A stretch of 64,000 bases of DNA from an uncultured delta proteobacterium (GTDB taxonomy: Bacteria > Desulfobacterota > Binatia > UTPRO1): NCBI GenBank assembly GCA_963761995.1, contig CAVXIU010000006.1:4697633-4761632 (forward strand), given 5' to 3'. A program made the translations under genes and the position numbers. Shown piece by piece: positions 48,749 through 57,895 of the stretch (position 1 is the stretch's first letter; each line of letters starts with the position of its first letter). The notes under the pieces are model-generated. The model saw nothing but the letters and a program-made list of their open reading frames with translations. It was not told the origin of the DNA and made no database searches.

Positions 48749-49447
48749 ATGACCGGGAGCACCTGGCGGAGGCTCGGAGGCACGGCGGCGCTGATCATGA
48801 TGATCGCGGCCAATGGCTGCGCGGCGCGACCGCATCGCGGCGGTTTCAACTGCGACCGCCGCTGGGGCGGCGGCACGATCGGCGGCGCGCTCACCGGCGC
48901 CGCGATCGGCGGCGGGGTCGGCGGCGGCATCGTCGCCACCTCGGGCGAGACCGAGCGCCAGGCCGAGGACTACGCGACCGCGATCGGCATCGGCACCATC
49001 ACCGGCGCGCTCATCGGCGGCTTCTTCGGCCACTGCGCCTTCGATCCGCCCTACGAGACGGAGCCTCCGCCTCCACCTCCTCCTCCGCCTCCACCGCCGC
49101 CGGTCAAGAAGAAGATCGTGCTGCGCGGAGTGAATTTCGACTTCGACAAGGCGAACATCCGTCCCGATGCGGCCGACATCCTCGCCGAGGCGGCGCGCAT
49201 TCTCCAGGAGGAGCCCGACGTCGACGTCTCCGTCGACGGCCACACCGACGCGCGCGGCACCGACGAGTACAACGATCGGCTCTCCGAGCGCCGCGCGCAG
49301 GCGGTGAAGAGCTACCTGGTCCGGCTCGACGTCGAGAGCAGCCGGCTCCGGCCGCAGGGCTTCGGCGAGTCACGCCCGGTAGCGACCAACGAAACCGAGG
49401 ACGGTCGCGCCGAGAACCGCCGCGTCGAGCTCAACGTCATTCGATAG
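48749..49447 (+). CDS. OmpA-family lipoprotein (Gly-zipper region, poly-Pro linker, C-terminal OmpA domain)
   Basis: Lipobox ...MMIAANGC. GGGVGGGIVAT Gly-zipper. P14 linker. OmpA core NFDFDKANIRPDAADILAEAARILQEEPDVDVSVDGHTDARGTDEYNDRLSERRAQAV. Confidence 0.75.
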   Translation: MTGSTWRRLGGTAALIMMIAANGCAARPHRGGFNCDRRWGGGTIGGALTGAAIGGGVGGGIVATSGETERQAEDYATAIGIGTITGALIGGFFGHCAFDPPYETEPPPPPPPPPPPPPVKKKIVLRGVNFDFDKANIRPDAADILAEAARILQEEPDVDVSVDGHTDARGTDEYNDRLSERRAQAVKSYLVRLDVESSRLRPQGFGESRPVATNETEDGRAENRRVELNVIR

Positions 49448-49464
49448 GTAGCTCGATTTCGCCG

Positions 49465-49492
49465 AGGAGCGCGAGGCAACTCGCGCTCCTCG
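49465..49492. terminator. GC-rich hairpin between convergent genes (12-bp stem, no U-tract)
   Basis: GAGGAGCGCGAG-gcaa-CTCGCGCTCCTC begins 18 nt after the OmpA stop and ends before the nitroreductase stop. Confidence 0.4.
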
Positions 49493-49498
49493 CTCACC

Positions 49499-50149
49499 CT
49501 AGCCGCGCTTGGTGCCGAAGTGGTTCCAGTGCGTGACGAGCTCGGCGGGGCGGCGGCGGCCGCGGGCGAACTTTCCGGTCGGACGGCCCATCGGGATCAG
49601 CGCCACCACCTCGTAGCGCTCGGGGATGGTGCAGATGGTGCGCACCTCGTCGTGATAGATGCGAAAGACCGTCGTGAGCGTCGTGCCGATGCCGAGCGAG
49701 CGCGCCGCCAGCATCAGGTTCTGCACCGCCGGATAGACGGACGCGAACGGCGTCCCGACGTCGAGCGGCCCCTCCGCGTCCTGGAGCGTCATCGAGATGT
49801 TCGGCATCAGGACGAGCACGAGCGCCGGCGCCTCGCCCAGGTGCTCGGCGAGGTGGCGCGAGCCCGCGAGGGTCTTCTGGAACGCGGCCTCGTCCTCGGG
49901 TGACTTGAGCGGCGGACGAATCTTCAACACCGCCGGCTCGTAGCGCGCGTAGGCGCGCCGGTAGACGTCGCCGAGGGCGCGTTTCACGTCCGGATCGGTC
50001 ACCGCCAGGAATTGCCAGGGCTGGATGTTGCCGCCGCTCGGACCGTGAATCGCGGCGTGAATGCAGCGCCCGATCTCGTCGTCGGTGACCGGCTCGTCCG
50101 TGAAGCGGCGCACCGCTCGCGTGGTCTCGATGGCCTCGATGACGTCCAT
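49499..50149 (-). CDS. nitroreductase family protein
   Basis: MDVIEAIETTRAVRRFTDEPVTDDEIGRCIHAAIHGPSGGNIQPWQFLAV... Internal ATG at 50149; the upstream part of the listed ORF is junk. Confidence 0.75.
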   Translation of the reverse strand: MDVIEAIETTRAVRRFTDEPVTDDEIGRCIHAAIHGPSGGNIQPWQFLAVTDPDVKRALGDVYRRAYARYEPAVLKIRPPLKSPEDEAAFQKTLAGSRHLAEHLGEAPALVLVLMPNISMTLQDAEGPLDVGTPFASVYPAVQNLMLAARSLGIGTTLTTVFRIYHDEVRTICTIPERYEVVALIPMGRPTGKFARGRRRPAELVTHWNHFGTKRG

Positions 50150-50154
50150 GCTGG

Positions 50155-50943
50155 CTACCTTCCTTTGAACTGCGGTGGGCGCTTCTCGCGGATCGCGGCC
50201 AGCGCCTCGCGGTGATCGTCGCTCTGGAAGGTCACCAGCTCGAGCGCCGTCGAGGTGTCGAAGGCGACGTTGAGGGCGTCCTTGACGAGCTTGTTGACGG
50301 CGATCTTGGTGTAGCGCACCGCGAGCGGCGCGCCGGCGGCGAGGCGGGCGGCGAACGCCATCGCCTCGTCGGCGAGCGCCGCCGCGGGCACGACGCGGTT
50401 GACGAGCCCGATGCGCTCGGCCTCGGCGGCGGAGAGCGGATCGCCGGTGAGGAGATACTGCTTGGCGCGCGCCGGACCGACCGCGAGCGGCCAGATCGCG
50501 ACCCCGCCGTCGCCGGCGACGATGCCGATCTTGACGTGGGGATCGCCGATGGTGGCGGTGTCGGCCATGAAAATGACGTCCGAGAGCAGCGCGATCGAGG
50601 CGCCGAGCCCCATGGCGTGGCCGTTGACGGCGGCGACGATCGGCAGCTCGACGTCGAGCAGGTCCCAGATCAGCTGCTTGGCGTCGCGGCGAAGCGCGTC
50701 GAGCCGCGCCATGTCGCGGAGCTGCGGGAACCAATTGAAGTCGCCGCCTGCCGAGAAGGCGCGCCCCCGGCCCGTCAGGACTACCGCGCGCGCCTCGTTC
50801 TCGCGGCGCAGCATCGCGAAAAGCCCGGTCAGGTCGGCGTGCAGCCGCTCGTCGACGGCGTTCAGCTCGCTCGTGGGATGCGCGATCGTGACCCTGAGGA
50901 CGTCGCCGACGTGCTCGAGCTGGAGGGTCTCGAAGTCGCCCAT
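50155..50943 (-). CDS. enoyl-CoA hydratase/isomerase family protein
   Basis: ...VVLTGRGRAFSAGGDFNWF...AAVNGHAMGLGASIALLSDVIFMAD... crotonase fold signature. Confidence 0.85.
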   Translation of the reverse strand: MGDFETLQLEHVGDVLRVTIAHPTSELNAVDERLHADLTGLFAMLRRENEARAVVLTGRGRAFSAGGDFNWFPQLRDMARLDALRRDAKQLIWDLLDVELPIVAAVNGHAMGLGASIALLSDVIFMADTATIGDPHVKIGIVAGDGGVAIWPLAVGPARAKQYLLTGDPLSAAEAERIGLVNRVVPAAALADEAMAFAARLAAGAPLAVRYTKIAVNKLVKDALNVAFDTSTALELVTFQSDDHREALAAIREKRPPQFKGR

Positions 50944-50946
50944 CGC

Positions 50947-52128
50947 TCAGAGCATCGCGCTGTCGGTCTCGAGACCGAGCAGCAGCCGGCCCGTCAACTC
51001 GTAGGTCGCGGGCGCCACCATGGCGTGCTGGGTCGCGACGTGGACGTCGCGGAAGCAGCGCTGCAGGGGGCTTCCGGCGTAGATGGAGGTGCCGCCACCC
51101 GCCTCGTACATGAGGTCGACGGCCTTGGCGGCGCGGGTCGTGGCGTTGGTGGCGGCGAGCCGGAGCGCGACACGCTGCTCGACCGAGATCGTTCCGCTGC
51201 TGCACGCCGCCTGCCACGCCTCCACCACCACGGCACGAAGCCAGGCACGCGCCGACTCGAGCGCCGCCTCGGCCTCGGCCACCTGCATCTGGATCACCGG
51301 TCGGTCGGCGAGGAGCCGGCGGCTGTTGGTCGGCGTCTTGCCGCCCGCGATCCGGATCAGCTCGTCGATCGCGGTGCGCGCGATGCCGGTCGCGACCGCC
51401 GCGATGCCGAGCGCCAGGAGGCCGAAGACCGGAAAACGGAAGAGCGGCCCCTCGGCGCGCGGACGATCGCTGATCAGCGACACCGTGCGCGCGTCCGGGA
51501 CGAAGACGTCGGCGACCTCGAAGTCGTGACTGCCGCTGCCGCGAAGCCCGGCCACGTTCCAGGTGTCGAGGATGCGGACGTCGCGCACGGGAAAGAGCAG
51601 CATGCGGGAATCGGGAATCCCGCGGCCGAGCATGCGAGGCGCGCCGTTCTCGCTCACCACGCAGCCGCCCATCAGCCACGCGCAATGCTCGCTGCCGCTC
51701 CCGAAGGCCCAACGGCCGCGGGCGCGGTAGCCGCCCTCGACGACGACGGCCTCGCCGCGGGGCGCATAGACGCCGCCGGTGATCGCGTCGGCGGGACCAT
51801 AGATCTCGCGGGCGGCGTCGAGGGGCAGGTAGCCGCTCACGAGGCCGCTGGTCACGCCGATCATCACCACCCAGCCGGTCGAACCGTCGGCGCGCGCGAT
51901 CTCCTCGATGAGGTCGAGCATGGTCGTGACGTCGGTCTCATGCCCGCCGAGGTCGCGCGGGATGCCCATGCGAAAGACCCCGGCGTCTGCGAGGCGGCGA
52001 ACCAGGTCGAGCGGCACCCGACGGCCTTGCTCGATCTCGTCGGCGCGGCTCCGCATCTCCGGGCAGAGGGCGCGCGCGGCCTCGAGGAGCGAGGGACCGG
52101 CATCGGCGGCGGGTCGGGAAACGCTCAT
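50947..52128 (-). CDS. acyl-CoA dehydrogenase family protein
   Basis: 393 aa. N-terminal helical, middle beta and C-terminal helical domains with ...YEAGGGTSIYAGSPLQRCFRDVHVATQH.... Confidence 0.8.
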   Translation of the reverse strand: MSVSRPAADAGPSLLEAARALCPEMRSRADEIEQGRRVPLDLVRRLADAGVFRMGIPRDLGGHETDVTTMLDLIEEIARADGSTGWVVMIGVTSGLVSGYLPLDAAREIYGPADAITGGVYAPRGEAVVVEGGYRARGRWAFGSGSEHCAWLMGGCVVSENGAPRMLGRGIPDSRMLLFPVRDVRILDTWNVAGLRGSGSHDFEVADVFVPDARTVSLISDRPRAEGPLFRFPVFGLLALGIAAVATGIARTAIDELIRIAGGKTPTNSRRLLADRPVIQMQVAEAEAALESARAWLRAVVVEAWQAACSSGTISVEQRVALRLAATNATTRAAKAVDLMYEAGGGTSIYAGSPLQRCFRDVHVATQHAMVAPATYELTGRLLLGLETDSAML

Positions 52129-52235
52129 GACGGCGTCGGGACCTTACCCCACATTCCCGACGAGCCAAAGCTGCACGTTGCATGATCCGGGAACACGCAT
52201 TACACATGACGCTCAACGACGAGGAGGAGCCAACC

Positions 52236-52562
52236 ATGGCCGATGTCCAACAGATCAGCGACGACAGCTTTCAAACCGAAGTGTTGCAGGCTTCTCTTCC
52301 GGTGCTGATCGACTTCTGGGCTCCCTGGTGCGGCCCCTGTCGGGCGATCGCTCCCATCGTCGAGGAGCTCGCCGGCACCTACAGCGGCAAGCTCAAGGTC
52401 GTCAAAATGAACGTCGACGACAACCCCAACACCCCGGCGAAGTACGGCGTCCGCGGGATTCCCAACCTCATCATCTTCAAGGGCGGGAACGTGCAGGAGC
52501 AGATCGTCGGGGCGGTGCCGAAGGGGCAGCTGGTGAAGGCGATCGACAAGGTAGTGGCCTGA
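52236..52562 (+). CDS. trxA: thioredoxin
   Basis: LIDFWAPWCGPCRAIAPIVEELA (WCGPC active site). 108 aa from the internal ATG. Confidence 0.85.
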   Translation: MADVQQISDDSFQTEVLQASLPVLIDFWAPWCGPCRAIAPIVEELAGTYSGKLKVVKMNVDDNPNTPAKYGVRGIPNLIIFKGGNVQEQIVGAVPKGQLVKAIDKVVA

Positions 52563-52739
52563 CACGCCCATCGACTAGCTTGTCACCAGAGCGTTGACCC
52601 CCGCCCTCGGGCCTGCATCCGAGGGCGCCCCTTGGGCGTAGTGCCGGTGATTTCCAAACGGCTGGCGTTGCGTCCTGCTCGTCTCGAGCGGCTGTCGGAC
52701 GCCACACTACCCCGCCGGCCGTCTCACAAGGGGGCAGAG

Positions 52740-53594
52740 ATGCGTCGAAGAATGCAGGGAATGTTCGTCATGATGGCGCTCGGCGTCGCGGTCGCGAGCC
52801 AACCGGCAAGCGCGCGCGAGCCCGGATGCGGTGGGCGCGCGCACGACTTCAAAGGCAAGGCGCGGCTCCGCGTCGTCGGTCTCACCGACGATCAGCACTT
52901 GGTGCACTTCCGGGAGTGCAATCCCGGCCGGACCAAGGACGCCGGCGCCGTATCGGGCCTGATCGGCGACACCGCGCTCATCGGCATCGACTACCGGGTG
53001 CAGAACGGCAAGCTCTACGGCGTCGGCAACGCCGGCGGCGTCTACATCCTCGACCCGCGGACGGCGATCGCGACGCTCGACTCGCAGCTGACGTTCCTGC
53101 CGAGCGGCGCGTCCTTCGGCGTCGACTTCAACCCCGCCGCCGATCGGCTCCGGATCGTGAGCGATACGGGCCAGAATCTCCGGCACGATCTCACCACCGA
53201 CACGACGGCCAACGACACCGGCCTCGCCTACGTGCCGGCCGCGGTCGCGACCATCGCCGCCGCCGCATACACCAACAACGACCTCGACGCGTCGACCGCC
53301 ACGTCCCTCTTCGACGTCGATACCAATCTCGACCAGGTGGCGTTACAGTCGCCGCCGAACGCCGGCTCCCTGGTCGCCACCGGGAAGCTGACGGTCGACG
53401 TCGGCGCACAGGCCGGTTTCGACATCTACACGTCGCTGCGGAACGGCGTCGCGGTCGGGAACCGCGGTTTCGCGGCGCTCTCGGTGAACGGCGCCTCGGG
53501 CTTCTATCGGGTGAGCGTGCTCACCGGCAAGGCGACGTTGATCGGCACCTTCGACACCCAGGTGGTCGACGTCGCGATCCCGCTCGATCAATAG
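52740..53594 (+). CDS. secreted DUF4394 protein, paralog 1
   Basis: Signal MRRRMQGMFVMMALGVAVASQPASA. ...LVHF...IGIDYRVQNGKLYGVGNAG.VYILDP...FGVDFNPAADRLRIVSDTGQNLR... is characteristic of DUF4394. Confidence 0.6.
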   Translation: MRRRMQGMFVMMALGVAVASQPASAREPGCGGRAHDFKGKARLRVVGLTDDQHLVHFRECNPGRTKDAGAVSGLIGDTALIGIDYRVQNGKLYGVGNAGGVYILDPRTAIATLDSQLTFLPSGASFGVDFNPAADRLRIVSDTGQNLRHDLTTDTTANDTGLAYVPAAVATIAAAAYTNNDLDASTATSLFDVDTNLDQVALQSPPNAGSLVATGKLTVDVGAQAGFDIYTSLRNGVAVGNRGFAALSVNGASGFYRVSVLTGKATLIGTFDTQVVDVAIPLDQ

Positions 53595-53692
53595 TGACCG
53601 CCGAGCGACCGGCGGCCCGGAGCGCCTTCGGCTCCGGGCCGCCGCAGAGCGGCTGGCACCGGTCGCGCCGCGGGAGTACTAAAACCCTCGCC

Positions 53693-54526
53693 GTGAAGAA
53701 TCGCTCGCGCCTTCCCACGACGTCCTTCGTGACGACGATGCTCCTTCCCGCGCTGCTCGCGACGGCAACGACGAGCGCCGTCGCCGCCGAGGCTCGGCTC
53801 CTCGCACTCACCGACGACGGCACGCTGGTCCGCTTCACCGCCGCCGCCCCGGCGTCGATCGAGCGCGTCGCCGTCGAGGGCGCCGGCGCGACCCTCATCG
53901 GCCTCGACGTGCGCCCGCAGAACGGCCGGATCTACGCGCTGAGCGCCGCCAACGACCTCTACGAGGTCGATCCCGCGAGCGGCCGCGCCACCACCGTCGC
54001 GACGCTCACGACGGCGTTCGACGGCGGGCCGCTCTCGGCCTTCGACTTCAACCCGCAGTCGGACCGCTTGCGACTGATCGGCGGCAACGCCCAGAACCTG
54101 CGGGTACATCCCGATCTCGGTGCCGCCGGCGTGGACGCTGCCCCTGCCTATGCACGCGGCGATCGCAATTTCGGCGCCCGGCCGACGATCGCGGCCGCGG
54201 CCTACACCAACGCCGTCGCCGGCGCACCGTCCACCAAGCTCTTCGACCTCGACAGCGTGCTCGACGTGCTGGTGCTGCAGGACCCGCCCAACGACGGCGT
54301 GCTCACCACCGTCGGCCCGCTCGGCTTCGACTGCGAGCCGGCGGCCGGCTTCGACATCCTCACCGAGGCAGGCGTCGATCACGCCTTCGCCGCCTCCCGC
54401 TCCACGCTCTACGGCATCGACCTCGCGACCGGTCACGCGAGCGAGCTCGGTACGATCGGCGACGGCACGCTCAGGATCATCGGCCTCACGGCCACGTCGG
54501 CCCCCCGTGCGCTCGACGGTCGCTGA
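53693..54526 (+). CDS. secreted DUF4394 protein, paralog 2
   Basis: GTG 53693 (or ATG 53738). Signal ...TTMLLPALLATATTSAVAA. ...LVRF...IGLDVRPQNGRIYALSAANDLYEVDP...FDFNPQSDRLRLIGGNAQNLR... is collinear with paralog 1. Confidence 0.6.
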   Translation: MKNRSRLPTTSFVTTMLLPALLATATTSAVAAEARLLALTDDGTLVRFTAAAPASIERVAVEGAGATLIGLDVRPQNGRIYALSAANDLYEVDPASGRATTVATLTTAFDGGPLSAFDFNPQSDRLRLIGGNAQNLRVHPDLGAAGVDAAPAYARGDRNFGARPTIAAAAYTNAVAGAPSTKLFDLDSVLDVLVLQDPPNDGVLTTVGPLGFDCEPAAGFDILTEAGVDHAFAASRSTLYGIDLATGHASELGTIGDGTLRIIGLTATSAPRALDGR

Positions 54527-54607
54527 TGGGTGCATCCGGCTCGGCGAGCTGGGCGTACCAATCGTGGAGCGCATGCATTGTGGAACGCAGCCAATACGGC
54601 ATGGCGC

Positions 54608-55189
54608 ATGGAGCGCACAGCCCTGAGCCCCCCCGACCCCGGGGTCTCCGAGGCCGAGCTGGTAGCCGCCCTGACGGAGGCGCCGGCGACCGCGCTCGCC
54701 GCGCTGTACGACCGCTTCGCCGGTCTGGTCTACGGCCTCGCGCTCAAGGTGCTGGCCTCCCCGACCGAGGCGGAGGACCTGACGCAGGAGGTGTTTCTGA
54801 CCCTGGCCCGCGGCTCGACCTACGATCCGACGCGGGGCTCGCTGAGCGCCTATCTGGTCACCTACACCCGGTCGCGCGCGATCGATCGGCTGCGGTCCCG
54901 TTCGCGCAGCAGACGCCTTCTCGAACGATGGGGCTCCGATCCGTCCGCCGCGCACGTCGTCTCCTCACCGCTCGAGCAGCTGTCGCTCGCCGAGCGCACG
55001 ACTCACGTCCGTGCCGCCCTGGCGGGTCTACCGGAGATCCAGCGCCAAGTGCTCGAGCTCGCCTACTTCAAGGGCATGAGCCAGAGCGAGATCGCCGCCG
55101 AGCTCGAGGCGCCGCTCGGCACGGTGAAGACGTGGTGCCGGCGGGGACTCTTGAGCCTGCGGGCCCTCCTGGGCGAGAGGATGGCCTGA
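54608..55189 (+). CDS. ECF-subfamily RNA polymerase sigma-70 factor
   Basis: Region 2 ...LVYGLALKVLASPTEAEDLTQEVFLTLAR... Region 4 ...QRQVLELAYFKGMSQSEIAAELEAPLGTVKTWCRRGL. Confidence 0.8.
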   Translation: MERTALSPPDPGVSEAELVAALTEAPATALAALYDRFAGLVYGLALKVLASPTEAEDLTQEVFLTLARGSTYDPTRGSLSAYLVTYTRSRAIDRLRSRSRSRRLLERWGSDPSAAHVVSSPLEQLSLAERTTHVRAALAGLPEIQRQVLELAYFKGMSQSEIAAELEAPLGTVKTWCRRGLLSLRALLGERMA

Positions 55190-55193
55190 GGCC

Positions 55194-55892
55194 ATGAAGA
55201 TTCCCAACGACCGCGAGGCGCGCGACGAGCTCCTGACGCGTTACGTGCTCGAGGACCTCACACCCGAGGAAGCCGAGGAGCTGCGCGCGGCGCTCGCGCG
55301 CGACGCGACGCTCGCGGCCGAGGTCGCGAGCCTCCGTACCGCGCTCGACCTCCTGCCCTACGGCGCCGTCACCGAGCCCCCGCCCCATCTCCGCGACCGC
55401 GTGCTGCGAGCGGCGGCGGTCCCCGTGCGGCGAGCCCGCGTCGTCACCTGGCAACGCGTGGTCGGCGCGATCGCGGCCGTGCTCGTGCTCGCCCTCGGGT
55501 TCGAGAACTACCGCCTGCGGCGCGACCTCGGCTTGCAACGCGACACGATGGCGCTGCTCCAGCAACCGAACGTGGTGCTCTCCTTCTCGCTCGCCGGCAC
55601 CGGCAGCGCCGCCTTCGGAAACGTCGTCCTCGATCTCGACGCCAAGAAGGCCGCGGTCGTGATCCACGATCTCCCGCCGCTCGCCGCCGACCAGGTCTAC
55701 CGCCTGTGGGCGCAGGTCGGAGAGAAGAAGGTCCCGTGCGGCAACCTCATTACCAAAGACGGCACCGTGCTGGCCCAGTTGCCGATCCCGGTCGACGCCT
55801 ACACCTCGCCGGTGCGCGAGCTTCTCCTCACGAGTGAGACCTCCGCCACCGATCCCGAGCCGCGCGGGCCGGTCGTGATGCGAAGTAGCTAG
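55194..55892 (+). CDS. anti-sigma factor (RskA-like: N-terminal anti-sigma domain, TM, periplasmic domain)
   Basis: Starts 4 nt after the sigma stop. ...LTRYVLEDLTPEEAEELRAALARDATLAAEV.... TM VVGAIAAVLVLALGF. C-terminal anti-sigma-K-like domain. Confidence 0.7.
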   Translation: MKIPNDREARDELLTRYVLEDLTPEEAEELRAALARDATLAAEVASLRTALDLLPYGAVTEPPPHLRDRVLRAAAVPVRRARVVTWQRVVGAIAAVLVLALGFENYRLRRDLGLQRDTMALLQQPNVVLSFSLAGTGSAAFGNVVLDLDAKKAAVVIHDLPPLAADQVYRLWAQVGEKKVPCGNLITKDGTVLAQLPIPVDAYTSPVRELLLTSETSATDPEPRGPVVMRSS

Positions 55893-55935
55893 CCTAAGTG
55901 AGTTCTTGCGACGGCGGCCGTCGGGAAGAGCGGAC

Positions 55936-56125
55936 GGTGGAGGGCTCGGCGGCGGGTCCTACGGCGGCGGAGCGCGGCGATCGCCGCATCGGCGGGCAAA
56001 CGCCACGCATCAATCGATCGGCGTATCGCAGCAGCGCATGGCACTCATCGGGCGATCGACACATCGCGCACGCCTGGCGCGTAGCGCTCCTCGCCGAGAT
56101 CAGACCCGCCGCCGAGCCCTCCACC
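55936..56125. repeat. ~190-bp noncoding element, copy A, with 23-bp terminal inverted repeats GGTGGAGGGCTCGGCGGCGGGTC
   Basis: Begins GGTGGAGGG and ends CCCTCCACC. Internally GC-rich with an ATCGATCGGCG core. Intergenic. Confidence 0.6.
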
Positions 56126-56202
56126 GTCCGCCCACGCCGTCACAGCTCGCAAGAGGAACAAGCGCACCAAGAGTCTTCCGAGCACCGGCGATGAGGGCGC
56201 GC

Positions 56203-56407
56203 GGTGGAGGGGTCGCCCGCGGGCTACTCGGGCACACGGCGATCTCGGCAAGGAGCGCTACGCGCCGATCAACCATGCCGCGCGGATCGCCCGATGAGGG
56301 CCATGCGCTGCTGCGGCTGCGCCGATCGATCAATGACAGACGGGTGCTCGCGGCTACGCCGGTCGCAGCGCGACGCCGCCGTAGGACCCGCGGGCGACCC
56401 CTCCACC
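56203..56407. repeat. ~205-bp noncoding element, copy B, inverted relative to copy A (~80% identity)
   Basis: Reverse complement of copy A aligns along the full length: GATCTCGGCgAGGAGCGCTACGCGCC vs GATCTCGGCaAGGAGCGCTACGCGCC; GATCGCCCGATGAGtGCCATGCGCTGCTGCG vs ...GATGAGgGCCATGCGCTGCTGCG; shared CCGCCGTAGGACCCG and GGTGGAGGG/CCCTCCACC ends. Confidence 0.6.
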
Positions 56408-56434
56408 GCGCGCGCTTCCCGCCAGCCGCCGTCG

Positions 56435-57889
56435 CTAGTACTTGAAGATCATCTCGACGTAGCCGTAGTCCGCGTGCTCGCCGGCGAAGGTGGCGCGCAC
56501 GACGCCCTGCCCGAAGGCGTGGGCGTAGAAGGCGTAGAGGGAGAGGCGCGTCGTCAGCGTCACGTTGACGCCGAGCTCGGCGGTGTGCGCGAGCTCGCGG
56601 CGGCCGTTGGCGGGGACGCCGGAAAACCCGAACACGTCGTCGTTGGTGGCGCCGCCTCCGGAGTACCAGAGGTCGCGCGCCTCGGTGAGACGAAGCCAGT
56701 GGTAGTCGACACGCACCGTCACGCGCTGATCCGGCTGCAGCACGAGCTGGGCGAAGGCGTCGCCCGCGTTCATCGCGTTGTAGAACGGGAACTGCGCGTA
56801 GATGCGCGGCGTCGGAATCACCTGGAAGAAGGTCCGATGGAAGCCGTCGGCGGGATCGTCGTCGCCCGCGGCGCGGTCGTAGCCGACGCGCAGCCACGGC
56901 GCCGCCGGGAGACGCGGCAGCTGATACCCCGCCTCGACGGCGTACGCCCAGGCGCCGTGATCGAGCGCGCCCCATTCGCCCGCTTGCACCGCCACCCACC
57001 CGAGCGCGTCGACGATGCCGGGCCCCGCCGGAGCGGCCACCGCGGCGTGGCCACCCCAGGTGTGAACCCGAATCGCACCCGTGTCGGCCGTGCGCGCCGC
57101 CAGCGGACGATTGTCGGCCTTGACCGGACCGTCGCGGGTGTCCTCGTAAAAGAGATAGAAGAGCCGGGCATCGGTCGGCGGCAAACCGGGTAGCTGCTTC
57201 GCCGTCACGGCAAGGAGCGCCAAGCCGATCTCGTCGATCTCGCGATTGGCGCTCACCTCGAAGCCGCCGTGGGTCGGTCGACTCACGAAGGCGGTGGCGT
57301 TCACGAGCGGCCGATCGTAGGCGAGCCGCACGCCGTCGAAGCTCCGGGTGACGTGCGTGTACCCGAAGGGTCCGACCAGGCGCTCCGCCAGCCGATTCCG
57401 CTTCAGCCACGCCAAGGTCGGATCCGCGGGAATGGTCTCGAGGCCGTCGCTGTAATCGAAGCGTCCGGCCGTGAGGGCAAGGCCGCTTCGCCGGAGGGTC
57501 AGGTAGCCCTGCTTCAAGAAGGTCTCGCCCTGAAAGGTGTCGCGGCTGTGCGCGTAGTAGGTGGCACCGGGGCCGAGGTTGCCGAACGGCGCCGGCAGGC
57601 TCGCGTCGTCCGGAAGCGCGGCGAGCCTGGTGTCCTGCGCCTCCATCACCACCTGCAGGTTCGGAAAGGTCGCGCGGACGCCGGCCCGCATCTGACTCCC
57701 GAAGAACGCATAGCGATGGGCACCCCGCCGCGCCGCCTCGTCCGGCGGCCGGAAGAAGTCGACGACCTCGCCGCGCGTCCGCTCGCTGAAGGTGAGCGCG
57801 AACGAGTCGCGCCAGTCCGTCGCCTCGGCCCGTGCCGCCACCGCCACCGTGGCGAGCGCGAGCACGATTCCAGAGGCGCGCCGGCGCAT
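56435..57889 (-). CDS. outer-membrane beta-barrel protein (alginate-export/porin-like)
   Basis: Signal MRRRASGIVLALATVAVAARA. Alternating amphipathic beta-strand pattern over ~460 aa. C-terminal ...YVEMIFKY aromatic terminus. Confidence 0.55.
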   Translation of the reverse strand: MRRRASGIVLALATVAVAARAEATDWRDSFALTFSERTRGEVVDFFRPPDEAARRGAHRYAFFGSQMRAGVRATFPNLQVVMEAQDTRLAALPDDASLPAPFGNLGPGATYYAHSRDTFQGETFLKQGYLTLRRSGLALTAGRFDYSDGLETIPADPTLAWLKRNRLAERLVGPFGYTHVTRSFDGVRLAYDRPLVNATAFVSRPTHGGFEVSANREIDEIGLALLAVTAKQLPGLPPTDARLFYLFYEDTRDGPVKADNRPLAARTADTGAIRVHTWGGHAAVAAPAGPGIVDALGWVAVQAGEWGALDHGAWAYAVEAGYQLPRLPAAPWLRVGYDRAAGDDDPADGFHRTFFQVIPTPRIYAQFPFYNAMNAGDAFAQLVLQPDQRVTVRVDYHWLRLTEARDLWYSGGGATNDDVFGFSGVPANGRRELAHTAELGVNVTLTTRLSLYAFYAHAFGQGVVRATFAGEHADYGYVEMIFKY

Positions 57890-57895
57890 CGCTCT

